Shown: in pieces, positions 1 to 7,773 of the stretch
How positions within the stretch are numbered: position 1 is the stretch's first letter
Layout of the letters: the number at the start of each line of letters is the position of its first letter
Source: an uncultured Dehalococcoidales bacterium
GTDB lineage: Bacteria > Chloroflexota > Dehalococcoidia > Dehalococcoidales > W498
Length of the DNA stretch: 30,278 nt
Reading direction: 5' to 3'
Assembly (NCBI GenBank): GCA_964566845.1
Contig: CAZMJZ010000001.1
Span: 1-30,278, forward strand
Made by a program: the position numbers and the translations under genes
The notes under the pieces: generated by a model
Database searches by the model: none
Told to the model about the DNA's origin: nothing
The model's input: only the letters and a program-made list of their open reading frames with translations

Positions 1-56
1 AAAGAAGGAAAGCTATTATTATCTATTCAGGCTCATTTTTCGATTAGAAAAGACTG
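1..56. repeat. Dispersed repeat, inverted copy of 17111-17166; possible IS/MITE end running off the window edge
   Basis: 49/56 identity by hand alignment to the reverse complement of 17111-17166; homology stops sharply at GACTG (52-56). Confidence 0.7.
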
Positions 57-401
57 CAAGTAAGTTGCCGTACAAAGGGGTATATATAAGATTCAGTCAA
101 GGTACCCAGCACTGAAACGGCTGATTACAAAGCTACTAAATAATATCGTCTTCTTTCTGGTGTACGCTTCGACTCTGTACCGGTGTTCTCCACTAGCTTC
201 TCAGTTAACTAGCAGGCTTTCTTCAGTTAGTCAGCACTGATGACTCAGAAACAGTGCATAGGTCCATGCGCAAGTTACGTAACAACTAATCATCTTGTGA
301 CATGTATTCTAAATGAGAAAATCTTCGCATATGTACCTCTGAGGTAGTATGGAAAAAATGGACACCAAAGTCAGGTAAAATAGAAAGACGGAGGTGTCAG
401 A

Positions 402-716
402 ATGAAAGGGGTTCCGCAAGGAAGGTACACGAAGGAGTTTCGAGAGGAAGCGGTGAAACTGGTAACGGAAGAGCAGCTATCGTTACCGGAGGCAGCCCGC
501 CGGCTGTCTTTACCGCCATCGACGTTGGCGACTTGGGTGAAAGCCTGTAAGGCCGGCAGGCTTGGAGAGATAGGCAGGACGCAAAGGCCTCTGACCGAAA
601 TCGAGATGGAGTTGGCCCGAACGAAGAAGGAACTGGTGGAAGTGAAGATGGAGCGGGATATATTAAAAAAAGCAGCCGCGTACTTTGCGAAGGAGTCGCT
701 GCCCGGTACGCGATGA
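402..716 (+). CDS. IS3 transposase OrfA (HTH)
   Basis: YTKEFREEAVKLV...EAARRLSLPPSTLATWVK HTH followed by coiled coil MERDILKKAAAYF. Confidence 0.93.
   Translation: MKGVPQGRYTKEFREEAVKLVTEEQLSLPEAARRLSLPPSTLATWVKACKAGRLGEIGRTQRPLTEIEMELARTKKELVEVKMERDILKKAAAYFAKESLPGTR
665..672 (+). promoter_or_regulatory. -1 programmed frameshift site producing OrfAB
   Basis: A7G run; A-AAA-AAA in the OrfA frame; the -1 frame is open from 671 to the OrfB ATG at 713. Confidence 0.75.
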
Positions 717-1576
717 TGAAAGAACTGCGGCTTCACTACCCTTTACCGCTGGTGAGGCGAGTTTTAAGCGTGTCAGCCAGCGGGTACTATGCCTGGCTGG
801 GCCGGCCACTGTCGAGGTGGGCCCGGGAGGAAGCACGGCTGGAGATTGAGATTAAGGCGGCTCATAAACGGACAAGGCAGGTCTGCGGCGCCGAGAAGTT
901 ACAGTATGACCTAGCAGAGCATGGTATCAGGGTGGGCATTTGCCGGATCAAGCGCATCCGGAGAAAGCTCGGCATACGCTGTAAACAGAAGAGGAAATTC
1001 AAGGCCACCACCGACTCAAAGCATACCCTTCCGGTAGCCGAGAACATACTGGGTCAGCAGTTCAAGGTTGCCGCGCCGAATAAGGTGTGGGTGAGTGATA
1101 TAACATATGTGCCCACAGACGAAGGCTGGCTGTATGTTGCCGGCCATAAGGACCTTTTCACCGGTAATATCGTGGGCTACGCGATGGGAGAGCGGCTGAA
1201 AAAGAGTTTGGTTAGTCAGTCTTTGTTCCAGGCTGTGGCAGCCAAACGGCCGGCTAAGGGGCTGGTTCACCACTCTGACCGGGGCAGTCAGTATTGCTCC
1301 CATGAGTACCAGAGTATTCTTGACCGGTTCGGCCTGATCGCATCGATGAGCCGGAAAGGGAACTGTTTTGACAACGCTCCGATGGAGAGTTTCTGGGGAA
1401 CACTCAAGCAGGAACTGGTCCATAACCGCCGTTATAAAACTAGGCAGGAGGCGGTTCAGGACATCACGGAGTATATCGAGATATTCTATAACCGGCAGCG
1501 CCGACAGGCAAGACTCGGGTTCCTATCACCTGTGGCCTATGAACAAAGATTCTATGCAGGACTACTGGCAGTATGA
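713..1576 (+). CDS. IS3 transposase OrfB (rve/DDE)
   Basis: WVSDITY, HHSDRGSQY and DNAPMESFWGTLKQE motifs are intact. Confidence 0.95.
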   Translation: MMKELRLHYPLPLVRRVLSVSASGYYAWLGRPLSRWAREEARLEIEIKAAHKRTRQVCGAEKLQYDLAEHGIRVGICRIKRIRRKLGIRCKQKRKFKATTDSKHTLPVAENILGQQFKVAAPNKVWVSDITYVPTDEGWLYVAGHKDLFTGNIVGYAMGERLKKSLVSQSLFQAVAAKRPAKGLVHHSDRGSQYCSHEYQSILDRFGLIASMSRKGNCFDNAPMESFWGTLKQELVHNRRYKTRQEAVQDITEYIEIFYNRQRRQARLGFLSPVAYEQRFYAGLLAV

Positions 1577-1726
1577 AAGGTTTGGTGTCCACTATTGACA
1601 TCCGACCTCACTCCATGTAGACATCCCGATATCTATGCTTAGAATTGACGACACGAAACAGTGGCGGCAGCTGGATTTGGAAGCAGACCAAAACATTATA
1701 TATGAGCTATAATAGGCTTAAATCTA

Positions 1727-1936
1727 ATGGGAGGTATCGCATTTGTCACTTATGGATTAGGTTTAGTTATAGGTTTTGCAGTTGGTGTTGGAGTTGGTAT
1801 TTCTATTGGAAAGAAACAAAAACCTTGGTCTGAATTAACCACTGCAGAAAAGAAAGTAAGAATTATATCCATCTCTGCAGGTGGTGTGCTATTTGTAGCT
1901 TTGGTCGTGGTTTACATAGTTCGATTATCATCCTAA
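1727..1936 (+). CDS. Small membrane protein (about 2 TM)
   Basis: Two Gly/Val-rich hydrophobic segments around a basic KKQKPW loop; weak RBS. Confidence 0.65.
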   Translation: MGGIAFVTYGLGLVIGFAVGVGVGISIGKKQKPWSELTTAEKKVRIISISAGGVLFVALVVVYIVRLSS

Positions 1937-2050
1937 TGTTCGTGCAGTGGTGACGGTTCAATAATCATTCCTTTTTAGTATTGTATAATACCCATGGCAA
2001 CCACCTAACAAAAGGTTGCATCCGACACTGAAAATGCTGGAGGAGGTACT

Positions 2051-2305
2051 ATGGATAACTCAGTTGTATTGTCTGTTGGTGATGTCTTCCACTTGAGACG
2101 TGGCAAAGACCGCATTATCTATGCTGGTATGCCGTCAGACAACATCTATTCTATTGTGCAGAGGAAATGGGATTTCATGCCTTTGGGGTGTTGGGGGTTT
2201 GCCTGGAATCTGTTTTATCCAAGAGAGCAAAGCAAAATAAGGATAGATGGAGTAAATATATTAGTAGAGAAGGTGGCTCCCGATGAAATTAGATTGCGGG
2301 TATAA
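2051..2305 (+). CDS. Hypothetical protein, 84 aa
   Basis: Strong RBS GGAGGAGG just upstream; globular composition. Confidence 0.75.
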   Translation: MDNSVVLSVGDVFHLRRGKDRIIYAGMPSDNIYSIVQRKWDFMPLGCWGFAWNLFYPREQSKIRIDGVNILVEKVAPDEIRLRV

Positions 2306-2337
2306 CAATAAGCGATATGCAGTATAGAGGTATTTAT

Positions 2338-2514
2338 ATGAGGGAAATTGCTAAGTTGATAGCCTTTATCCTATTAATTATAGGAACTACTGGTCTTCTA
2401 GTGAATGAGTTTGTTACTGACTGGGGTAGAGGTATTACTATTACATTTGCTTGTCTCAATGTATTGGGACTCGTGCTCTTGATTTTTGCAGCTTGGATCA
2501 TGGGAAAACGCTAA
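2338..2514 (+). CDS. Small 2-TM membrane protein
   Basis: Two hydrophobic helices; AGAGG RBS favours ATG 2338 over 2317. Confidence 0.65.
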   Translation: MREIAKLIAFILLIIGTTGLLVNEFVTDWGRGITITFACLNVLGLVLLIFAAWIMGKR

Positions 2515-2538
2515 AGACAAGGAAGGATAACCAACATT

Positions 2539-2973
2539 TTGATATACGAGGATACGCCAAAATATGATCTATGGCTCAAACTCATGCTAGGCGGTGTATT
2601 AGCCCTTACTTTGATATTAGGGATAATTTTCATTTTCCAGGATAGTGAAGTAGCTTTGGCAATGTTTGGGGTAACGCTTTTTGACGCTCTATTATTTAAA
2701 GCAATTCTGCCACAGCGATTTCAGATATATCAGGACAGGGTAAGAATAGTGTTGGGTAGACCATTAGCCATAAATATCCCGTTTTCTAACATTCGAACCG
2801 TAAGGACGGTTTCAGCTCGCAAGGTTTTTGTTTATTGGGGGAACCGTTTTGCCACTTCAACACATATTATCGTGGAAATAGTTCGTAAGAAAGGCTTGGG
2901 TTTTGTTATATCACCAGCCAACGGAGATATGTTTCTAGAGCAGCTTAATCAGGCTCGTAATGCAGTATCCTGA
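2539..2973 (+). CDS. Membrane protein, 2 TM plus bacterial PH-like C-terminal domain
   Basis: TTG start after AAGGAAGGA; 2 TM then beta-rich IPFSNIRTV...VISPANGDMFLEQL. Confidence 0.65.
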   Translation: MIYEDTPKYDLWLKLMLGGVLALTLILGIIFIFQDSEVALAMFGVTLFDALLFKAILPQRFQIYQDRVRIVLGRPLAINIPFSNIRTVRTVSARKVFVYWGNRFATSTHIIVEIVRKKGLGFVISPANGDMFLEQLNQARNAVS

Positions 2974-3072
2974 AACGATGGTCTTTCAACACCCTTCGTG
3001 CTGTACGGGATTTATACCAAAGGATAGAATTCTAGTAATAACTGAGTGGTATTAAAAACGAGGAGGTCAAAA

Positions 3073-3255
3073 ATGGCTGGTGAAGACAAAGAAAATAAGC
3101 AAGCAGGATTAGGTAGTTTTGTATTTGTTGGGTGTCTTATCATTGGCGTAGGTGTTGGGATAGGGTTTGATCTTATGCCAGCAGCAGTTATCATTAGTTT
3201 TGGTATAGGTTTAATCGCTATGGGGATAGCACGCTATAAAACTGGTAAATGGTAA
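3073..3255 (+). CDS. Small Gly-rich membrane protein
   Basis: AGGAGG RBS before ATG 3073; two hydrophobic segments. Confidence 0.7.
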   Translation: MAGEDKENKQAGLGSFVFVGCLIIGVGVGIGFDLMPAAVIISFGIGLIAMGIARYKTGKW

Positions 3256-3390
3256 ATGATCTGCTTTAAATATACTCCTTACAATAATAATCTATTCCTC
3301 TGTGTAATAATCTTGCATTTTGTCTTATTAGTGTAAAACCCTTCAAACAGACGGGGAGATGGGGGGTTCGTCCAATTTGCATAATCCCTC

Positions 3391-3421
3391 AAAAAAGAAA
3401 TGCTAGCGGTAGAAGGCTAGC
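3391..3421 (-). terminator. Intrinsic terminator downstream of the displaced tmRNA/tRNA-like 3' end
   Basis: GCTAGC-8 nt-GCTAGC hairpin (3402-3421) followed on the minus strand by a T-rich tract (3391-3400). Confidence 0.6.
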
Positions 3422-3436
3422 GTTGTTACTACTACC

Positions 3437-3454
3437 TGGTGGAGACGTGGGAGG
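3437..3454 (-). other. Candidate att scar: displaced 3' end of tmRNA (ssrA) or a tRNA
   Basis: Minus strand reads CCTCCCACGTCTCCACCA, ending in CCA, with no 5' half of a tRNA/tmRNA upstream; a terminator follows. Confidence 0.6.
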
Positions 3455-3584
3455 CCCCATCTCTGTCAGCCCCAAAGATACTGCCCATTCTCAGACTGCG
3501 AGGTGCCTTGGGGGTGGTGTTTAACTAGGTTAGGTGAATTTTCTACGAAAATTCAATGTTATTGCAGAAGGACTATTTGTTAAA

Positions 3585-3641
3585 CATATTTACATGCCCA
3601 TGTTTACATCACCATGTTTGTTATCTGGGATAACAAACATG
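3585..3641. repeat. Three 14-nt-period direct repeats plus a perfect 13-bp inverted repeat
   Basis: CATATTTACATGCC / CATGTTTACATCAC / CATGTTTGTTATC; IR CATGTTTGTTATC-TGG-GATAACAAACATG at 3613-3641. Confidence 0.8.
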
Positions 3642-3715
3642 TATATTGGTACATCTGAAGAAGTGGAAAGGCGCTAGTTTGACTAATCAGACCTTTTCAT
3701 GTGACTGGGGCCTAT

Positions 3716-4048
3716 TTATGGATAGAGGGTAAAAAGAGGGTTTGACCAAAGCTCCTCGCCGGCTGCTATCCCTTCCCTGGTGAGACGGCAGTACACCCGC
3801 TCCGGAGCCGGGGGATAGTTATCCTGTATTGCTGAAGGCTCAGTCTTCCCAGTTTCCTCAACCCATCCCAAGCGTTTCAAGTGACTAAAATACCGGGTGA
3901 AGCTGGAATATCTCATCTTTAGCAGCTCATATGGAATACGGCTGAGGTAGTATTCCAACCATGCACGATATTGCTCCTCGGTATAAGCGGGTTTGTCTTG
4001 CCTTACTCGCCTTTCCTCTTCCCGCTCTACTGCATCCCTATTTTCCAT
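3716..4048 (-). pseudogene. Probable C-terminal remnant of a winged-helix protein from a mobile element
   Basis: YSSFTRYFSHLKRLGWVEETG...RVYCRLTREG resembles a wHTH recognition helix and wing; the ATG lies inside the fdhD 3' end. Confidence 0.45.
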
Positions 4049-4835
4049 CAGTTACTACCCTCCACTCGTTGGTGTAGACATTCATCCTCTTTCCCCTAAC
4101 AAATCCTATAAGAGTTACTCCCAAATCATTGGCTAGATTCACTCCCAGGTCAGTAGGGGCAGATTTGGAAATAAGTATAGGTATACCTTTTCTAGTCACC
4201 TTCAGTAATATCTCCGACGAGATTCTCCCGCTGGTAACTATTATGCAGTCATTTGTAGGTATATCTGTCAGGATACACTCACCAAAGACTTTATCAATGG
4301 CGTTATGTCTGCCTATGTCCTCGCAGAAAACCAAGATGTCCTTCGTATCGCATAAGGCGGCGCTGTGAACACCACCGGTTGTCTGATAGTTCAGAGAGGC
4401 GTGCTGGAATTCCTTTACTAGGGCAAAGACTTCAAGGGGTGTTACCAAAGTCTGAGATTCTGTTCTTGACTGTCCCTGAACATCAGCCGCACTAATATAG
4501 GAAGCCCCTCTTCCGCACCCCGAAGTTATGAGTCGTTTGAATAAGAGTTCGCTAGCGTGCTGATTATCTTTCTCAATTTCCACGCGTACCACGCCTCTCC
4601 GGTCATCAACCACTATCTCCCTGATTTCGTCTTTACTTCTAAGTAACCCTTCGGAGGAAAGGAAACCGATAGCCAAGTAGTCCAAATTCTTTGGGGAACA
4701 AAGCAGAGTAACTAGTTCTTGGTCATTTAGGATGATGGTAAGGGGGAATTCTCTGGCAACCATATCCTCAATGTTACGTCCGCATCCCTCAGTAAGCCGC
4801 AATATAGGAATCTTCTCCACTTCATTCTTCGTCAT
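4038..4835 (-). CDS. fdhD: Formate dehydrogenase accessory sulfurtransferase FdhD
   Basis: EFPLTI...LAIGFLSSEG, TSGCG, TGGVHSAAL, EDIGRHNAIDK and TSGRISSEI motifs. Confidence 0.93.
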   Translation of the reverse strand: MTKNEVEKIPILRLTEGCGRNIEDMVAREFPLTIILNDQELVTLLCSPKNLDYLAIGFLSSEGLLRSKDEIREIVVDDRRGVVRVEIEKDNQHASELLFKRLITSGCGRGASYISAADVQGQSRTESQTLVTPLEVFALVKEFQHASLNYQTTGGVHSAALCDTKDILVFCEDIGRHNAIDKVFGECILTDIPTNDCIIVTSGRISSEILLKVTRKGIPILISKSAPTDLGVNLANDLGVTLIGFVRGKRMNVYTNEWRVVTDGK

Positions 4836-4870
4836 CTTGCCCTCTCCTCACATAGTGCTTCCTAATTCTT

Positions 4871-5197
4871 CTATGGCTTGCATTTCTCAAGGGCACCGTA
4901 GAAAGCCTTCCAGAAGGGGTCAACGATTGGATGTTCAAGCTTTTCTTCCTCTCTACCTTCTATCAGAATCATCCCCTTGCCTGGCTCAGCCAACTCGTCC
5001 CCAATGGAAGGCTTGATTCCCTTTTGAGACAGAGCTTCCACTACTCCTTGGGCTCTATGCTCCCGGCAAGCGATGATTAGTGTCCCTTCGCTAATGGAGG
5101 CATAAGGGTCAATGCCAAAATAGCTGTATATCTCTTCCACACAGCCCTCAACTGCAATTTGCTCTTTTTCCACCCTTACTCCCAAGCCAGCGGCCTG
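4871..5197 (-). pseudogene. C-terminal fragment of an AIR-synthase/HypE-like (PurM superfamily) protein
   Basis: QAAGLGVRVEKEQI...FGIDPYASISEGTLIIAC...HPIVDPFW; N-terminal domain absent; same frame as selD, just after its TAA. Confidence 0.75.
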
Positions 5198-5209
5198 ACC
5201 CTGTTCCTC

Positions 5210-6253
5210 TTACTCTACAGTAACCACTCCTTTCGGTTCATTGATAGCCTCTCCAATGATAGTTGCATCCTCCACACCCACTTGTCGCAGATTATTGAGT
5301 AGCAGTTCAGCTTTCCCAGGACTTAAACAGATTAGCAAACCGCCAGAGGTTTGAGGGTCAAAGAGGATATCTTGCATATAAATAGGCAATTCCTCATCGA
5401 TTTTCACCGCACCGGAGTAAAATTCCCGGTTCCGGTGTAAACCAGCCGGACATAGTCCCTGCTTAGCGAACTCGATTGCTTCTGGTAAGAACGGGATAGA
5501 AGTGAGTTGGATGATAATGCTTACATGACTGTTTTGAGCTAGCTGGACAGTGTGACCAAGGAGTCCGAATCCAGTGATATCAGTACAAGCATGGACGCCT
5601 ACCTTCTGCATGAGCTCCGACGCTTTGTCGTTTAAAGTTACCATACACTTCGTAAGCTTCGTTATCGTCTCTTCGTCAACCATTCCAGCTTTCAAAGCAG
5701 TGCTTATGATTCCAGTTCCCAGTGGTTTAGTAAATATGAGCTTGTCTCCTGCCTTAGCCCCCGCATTGGTCACCAGCCGTTTAGGGGACACAACACCTGT
5801 AACAGAAAGACCATACTTTAATTCGGTATCCTCTACACTATGTCCCCCAACCAGAGCCACTCCTGCCTCACCCATCTTATCCACCCCACCCCTGAGGATA
5901 TCCTTCAATACTGAGATATCCAGGGACTTCGTGGGAAAGCAGACCACATTCATTGCTGTCAGCGGCTTGCCACCCATAGCATAGACATCGCTCAATGCGT
6001 TGGCAGCGGCAATCTGACCAAACATGTACGGGTCATCAACTATGGGCGTGATGAAATCGATGGTCTGAATAATAGCCAACTCATCAGTTAGCTTATAGAC
6101 GCCGGCATTATCTAGGCTCTTCACGCCTCGAATCACCTTTGGGTTAGATATTAGCGGTAAACCGCATAAAGCCTCATTTAGGTCTCCCGGACCTAACTTT
6201 GAAGCTCAACCGGACCCACGAACACTTTCGGTTAGGCGAGGGTCTTTCCTCAT
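5210..6253 (-). CDS. selD: Selenide, water dikinase SelD, Sec-containing (347 aa, Sec16)
   Basis: Extending the tracked ORF upstream gives MRKDPRLTESVRGSG-U-ASKLGPGDL with TGA at 6206-6208; GGAGG RBS at 6266-6270; TIDF, AANALSDVYAMGG, TDITGFGLLGH and DPQTSGGLL motifs. Confidence 0.95.
6171..6205 (-). promoter_or_regulatory. Bacterial SECIS element of selD
   Basis: Directly after UGA: GCUUCA-AAG-UUAGGUC-CGGGA-GACCUAA-A-UGAGGC, i.e. a 7-bp upper stem, G-containing 5-nt loop and 6-bp lower stem. Confidence 0.88.
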
Positions 6254-6355
6254 ATCCGTTTAGTTCCTCCGTTACTGAAGTCAGAGATTAGCACCTGCTT
6301 CACCTGGCATTGTAGCATTCTCAGCATATGTAGTAAAATGTTTGGGGGTATAATT

Positions 6356-7747
6356 ATGGAAAGGATGTTCCGCCATCTTCCCAGTGTCGACCGGGTACTT
6401 TCTGACGAACGGGTCAGGCGACTTGAGCCAACCTATCCCCGCAGCTTGCTTCTAAACTTAATTCGGCAGCACCTGGAACACAACCGCCTATACATTACGG
6501 CGAGTAATCCATGCTCCACCTTTGATGAAATAGTGGATGCCGTTTGTGCTCAAGTTCGTGCCTTAGGAAACCCGAGCTTGCGCCCTGTAATAAATGCCAC
6601 TGGCGTTATCATCCATACTAATCTCGGTCGTGCCCCGCTTAGTAAAGAGGCAATAGCAGCTATAGATGCAACGGCCAACAGTTACTGCAATCTGGAGTTC
6701 GACCTTGACAGTGGCACGCGGGGCTCTCGTAGCACTCATATTGAGCCGTTGCTGTGCCAACTAACTGGAGCGGAGGCGGCACTCGTAGTTAACAATAATG
6801 CTTCAGCGGTGCTGCTAGCCCTGACTACATTAACTAAGAAGAAGGAGGTAATCATTTCCCGAGGTCAAGCGGTAGAGATTGGCGGTGGCTTCCGAATCCC
6901 TGATGTAATGCGCCAGAGCGGGGCGAAGTTAGTTGAAGTGGGAACTACCAACTGTACCTATATTGCTGATTATGAACTGGCGATTAACCCACGGACAGCA
7001 GTGTTAATGCGGGTTCATTCCAGCAACTTCAGGCTAATGGGCTTTACTCACTTTGTTACCCTCGATAAGTTGGTAGCGCTAGGTAACCGCTATGACCTCC
7101 CAGTATTTGATGACCTGGGTAGTGGCTGTTTCTTGGACACAACCAAGTTCGGACTTGACCCGGAGCCAATGGTGCAACAAAGCGTTGCCATTGGTGCCGG
7201 GCTGGTCTTCTTTTCTGGAGATAAGCTTATGGGTGGTCCTCAAGCCGGGATTATCGTCGGTAAGAAGCAGTTTATTGATAAGTTGAAGAAACACCCGCTG
7301 ACTCGGGCGGTGCGAATTGACAAGATAAGACTAGCTGGTCTGGTAGCTACATTAATTCACTACCTCAAGGGTGAAGCAATAGAGAAGCTACCGGTATGGC
7401 GTATGATTTCGGCACCACTGGAGGAGATCCACCAGCGCGCTAGAACTTGGTCTCAAGGCCTTGATGACCTGGCTCAGGTGGTAGATGGGGAGACTATGGT
7501 TGGGGGCGGCAGCCTACCTGAGGGCACCCTACCGACGAAACTCGTCGCCATTGGCAGAGAGGGTAACAGAAAAGACAAAAAAACGGCTCAGGCCTTAAGC
7601 CAAAGGCTGCAGAATCAGGAAATGCCCATCGTTGGGCGGATTAGTGGCAGTGTACTACTCCTTGACCCGCGCTCTGTCCTTCCTGAAGAGGACCAAATTG
7701 TGCTTCAAGCGCTCCGCAAGTTAGCTGTCATCTGCAGGCACACCTGA
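6356..7747 (+). CDS. selA: L-seryl-tRNA(Sec) selenium transferase
   Basis: [22 protein letters not shown]-like [18 protein letters not shown], and PLP-Lys motif [13 protein letters not shown]; GGGGG RBS favours start 6356 over 6338. Confidence 0.96.
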   Translation: MERMFRHLPSVDRVLSDERVRRLEPTYPRSLLLNLIRQHLEHNRLYITASNPCSTFDEIVDAVCAQVRALGNPSLRPVINATGVIIHTNLGRAPLSKEAIAAIDATANSYCNLEFDLDSGTRGSRSTHIEPLLCQLTGAEAALVVNNNASAVLLALTTLTKKKEVIISRGQAVEIGGGFRIPDVMRQSGAKLVEVGTTNCTYIADYELAINPRTAVLMRVHSSNFRLMGFTHFVTLDKLVALGNRYDLPVFDDLGSGCFLDTTKFGLDPEPMVQQSVAIGAGLVFFSGDKLMGGPQAGIIVGKKQFIDKLKKHPLTRAVRIDKIRLAGLVATLIHYLKGEAIEKLPVWRMISAPLEEIHQRARTWSQGLDDLAQVVDGETMVGGGSLPEGTLPTKLVAIGREGNRKDKKTAQALSQRLQNQEMPIVGRISGSVLLLDPRSVLPEEDQIVLQALRKLAVICRHT

Positions 7748-7773
7748 TGGTAGTAAAAGCGGCAAAAGGGTGT

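Larger units (their letters stand above)
340..1610 (+). mobile_element. IS3-family insertion sequence, 1271 bp, apparently intact
   Basis: 30-bp imperfect terminal IRs at 340-369 and 1581-1610 (24/30 match, TG...CA ends); 3-bp target duplication CTC at 337-339 and 1611-1613; orfA/orfB layout. Confidence 0.95.
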
